This document shows, piece after piece, positions 61,910 to 64,000 of a stretch of 64,000 bases of DNA (positions within the stretch are counted from its first letter, which is position 1; the number at the start of each line of letters is the position of its first letter). This DNA comes from Squalus acanthias (lineage: Eukaryota): NCBI GenBank assembly GCA_030390025.1, contig CM059430.1, forward strand, positions 152,334,001 to 152,398,000, read 5' to 3'. The notes beneath the pieces are model-generated. The model did not search any database. It worked only from the letters and a program-made list of their open reading frames with translations, and was not told the DNA's origin. The translations under genes and the position numbers were made by a program.

Positions 61910-62095
61910 CAAAAGTGAGAAGTCGCACAACACCAGGTTATAGTCCAACAGTTTTATTTGAGATCACAAGCTTTCGGAGCTGCTGCCCCTTCGTCAGGTG
62001 AAGTGAAGGAATACGAATCGGCAAAGCATATATAGACAGAGAACAATGCCTGTGCAGCGTACAATCTCAGACGACTACAGTTAATCTTTCTGACA
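61910..62095 (-). mobile_element. PLE family A pLTR 3' fragment
   Basis: Matches 43005-43165. Confidence 0.85.
61964..62001 (-). ncRNA. Minimal type I hammerhead ribozyme
   Basis: TCAC-CTGACGA-A-GGGGC-AGCA-GCTCC-GAAA-GCTT-GTGA; a G-U wobble preserves helix II. Confidence 0.8.
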
Positions 62096-62648
62096 GGGCA
62101 GTTTCACTACCAACTGATATTTTAGGCAACTGCCTAAATCTCTTAAATCCTCTCACTGCTTCCTTCACCAGTGTATTAGTTTCTCCAGAAATATCACTAA
62201 ACTTGTACGCCGTGACCTCTTGAGATAGGCTTTTAACACAGTGCGATGCCAAGTCAGTTTTTCTTTAGCTGTGTCACAGCTGCTTCATTTAATGACTGGA
62301 CCTCTATAAAAGTTCATTCCAATTATAGTGGGTGTATTTCAAAATACAAGTTGTTTTATTGGGGTTAGAGTATAGTATAGTATCTTTTGAAATTTGGATT
62401 GGTGCTGAAAATCTGCAGCTAAAACTGGTAGAACCACCATTCAATAAGGTATGGTGTGTACCCATGTGGTAGTCAGGAATGCTCTCACGTCTTAATCTGC
62501 TGCTTGTGAAGAATTTTTAGCATCTACTGTCTGCCTAGAGAGGGCACAAATCCATTCTTGCAAGTTGTCCAAAGACCAACTGTCACATTTTTGGGATTTG
62601 TTTGACCAACTTTCCAAAGTAAGGATTTGGAAAAAAAGAGAGTGCATT

Positions 62649-63790
62649 TAGAACATAAGACGTAGGAGCAGGAGTCGGTCATTTGGCCCCTCGAGCCTGC
62701 TCCGCCATTCAATAAGATCATGGCTGATCTGATTTTGGCCTCAACTCCACTTCCCTGCCCGCTCCCCATAACCCTTGACTCCCTTACCTTTCAAAAATCT
62801 GTCTATCTCCACCTTAAATATATTCAATGACCCAGTCTCCACAGCTCTCTGGGGAAGAGAATTCCAAAGATTCACGACCCTCTGAGAGAAGAAATTCCTC
62901 CTCATTTCCGATTTAAAAGGGTGCCCCCTTATTCTGAAATTATGCCCCCTAGTTCTAGATTCCCCCATGAGGGGAAACATCCTCTCTGCATCTACCCTGT
63001 CAAGCCCCTTCAGAATCTTACTTGTTTCAATAAGATCCCCTCTCATTCTTCTAAACTCCAATGAGTATAGGCCCAACCTGCTCAACCTTTCTTCATAAGA
63101 CAATCCCTTCATCTCCGGAATCAACCTTGTGAACCTTCTCTGAAAAGCCTCCAATGCAAGTATATCCTTCCTTAAATAAGGAGACCAAAACTGTATGCAG
63201 TACTCCAGGTGTGGTCTCACCAATACCCTGTACAGTTGTAACAGGACTTCCCTACTTTTATACTCCATTCCCTTTGCAATAAAGGCCAACATTCCATTTG
63301 CCTTCCTAATTACTTGCTGTACCTGCATGCTAACTTTTTGTGATTCATGTACAAGGACCCCCAGATCCCTCTGTACCTCAGCATTTTAGAAACATAGAAG
63401 CAGGAGTAGGCCATTCGGCCCGTCGAGCCTGCTCCACCATTCAATACGATCATGGCTGATCATCCAAATCCAGTACCCTGTCCCTGCTTTCTCACACAGA
63501 ATCCCCATCGAGCCTGCACCGACACATATCCCACCCTATCCCCGTAACCCCACGTATTTAATTCCCCCTAACATATCCCATCCTATCCCTGTAACCCCAC
63601 ATATTTAATCCCCCCCTAACACTAAGGGTCAATTTATCATAGCCAAATCAACCTAACCCGCACATTTTGTAATCTCTCCCCATTTAAATAATAATTTGTT
63701 TTATTTTTCCTACCAAAGTGGATAACCTCGCATTTTCCCACATTAAACTCCATCTGCCAGATTTTAGCCCACTCACTTAGCCTATCTATA
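62649..63790 (-). mobile_element. CR1 LINE 3' part with a nested SINE
   Basis: KANGMLAFI, LVRPHLEYC, RMRGDLIE, FFSQRVVNLWNSLP; CR1 tail. Confidence 0.93.
63388..63668 (-). mobile_element. 5'-truncated V-SINE with a composite tail
   Basis: Same body as 44282-44572; interrupts the CR1 at catttt. Confidence 0.88.
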
Positions 63791-64000
63791 ACCCTTTAAG
63801 AGTTGTGTTTGAAGCAAAGCGTATTCACACAAGGTTTTCATTCAAAGTAGAGATGAAAGGTAATTAAAATGCTAATAAGGTTTTGAAGTTATTTCCCTAA
63901 AGATTGTAAACAATAAGCAATTTGTTCGCCTGACTTGGTAATCAATAAATGCTTCAGTTCTATTGCGTTGGGAGTTCCGTGATTTGGAAGTTCAGCAATG

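Overview
Repeat-rich vertebrate nuclear DNA, most likely a shark or ray. That inference rests on HE1-type V-SINEs with CR1 tails and SacSINE1-like DeuSINEs. Most of the window is transposon-derived: CR1 and L2 LINEs, two Penelope-like (PLE) families carrying minimal hammerhead ribozymes, a Gypsy LTR element, Harbinger elements and MITEs, solo LTRs and SINEs. One host gene is confidently seen: a single-exon SERTM2-like membrane microprotein (26134-26403). Standout signals: (1) a full-length ~3.3 kb APE-RT LINE with no ORF1, a tRNA-derived Pol III head and no TTTT on its sense strand, plus a SINE made of its two ends; (2) a Gypsy element whose PBS is an exact 11-nt complement of its own LTR, as in Tf1-type self-priming; (3) a spacer-less palindromic Penelope insertion with a 13-bp TSD and hammerheads showing covariation. 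All calls were made by eye with no database search. Family names come from recalled motifs, and boundaries of old repeats are approximate.
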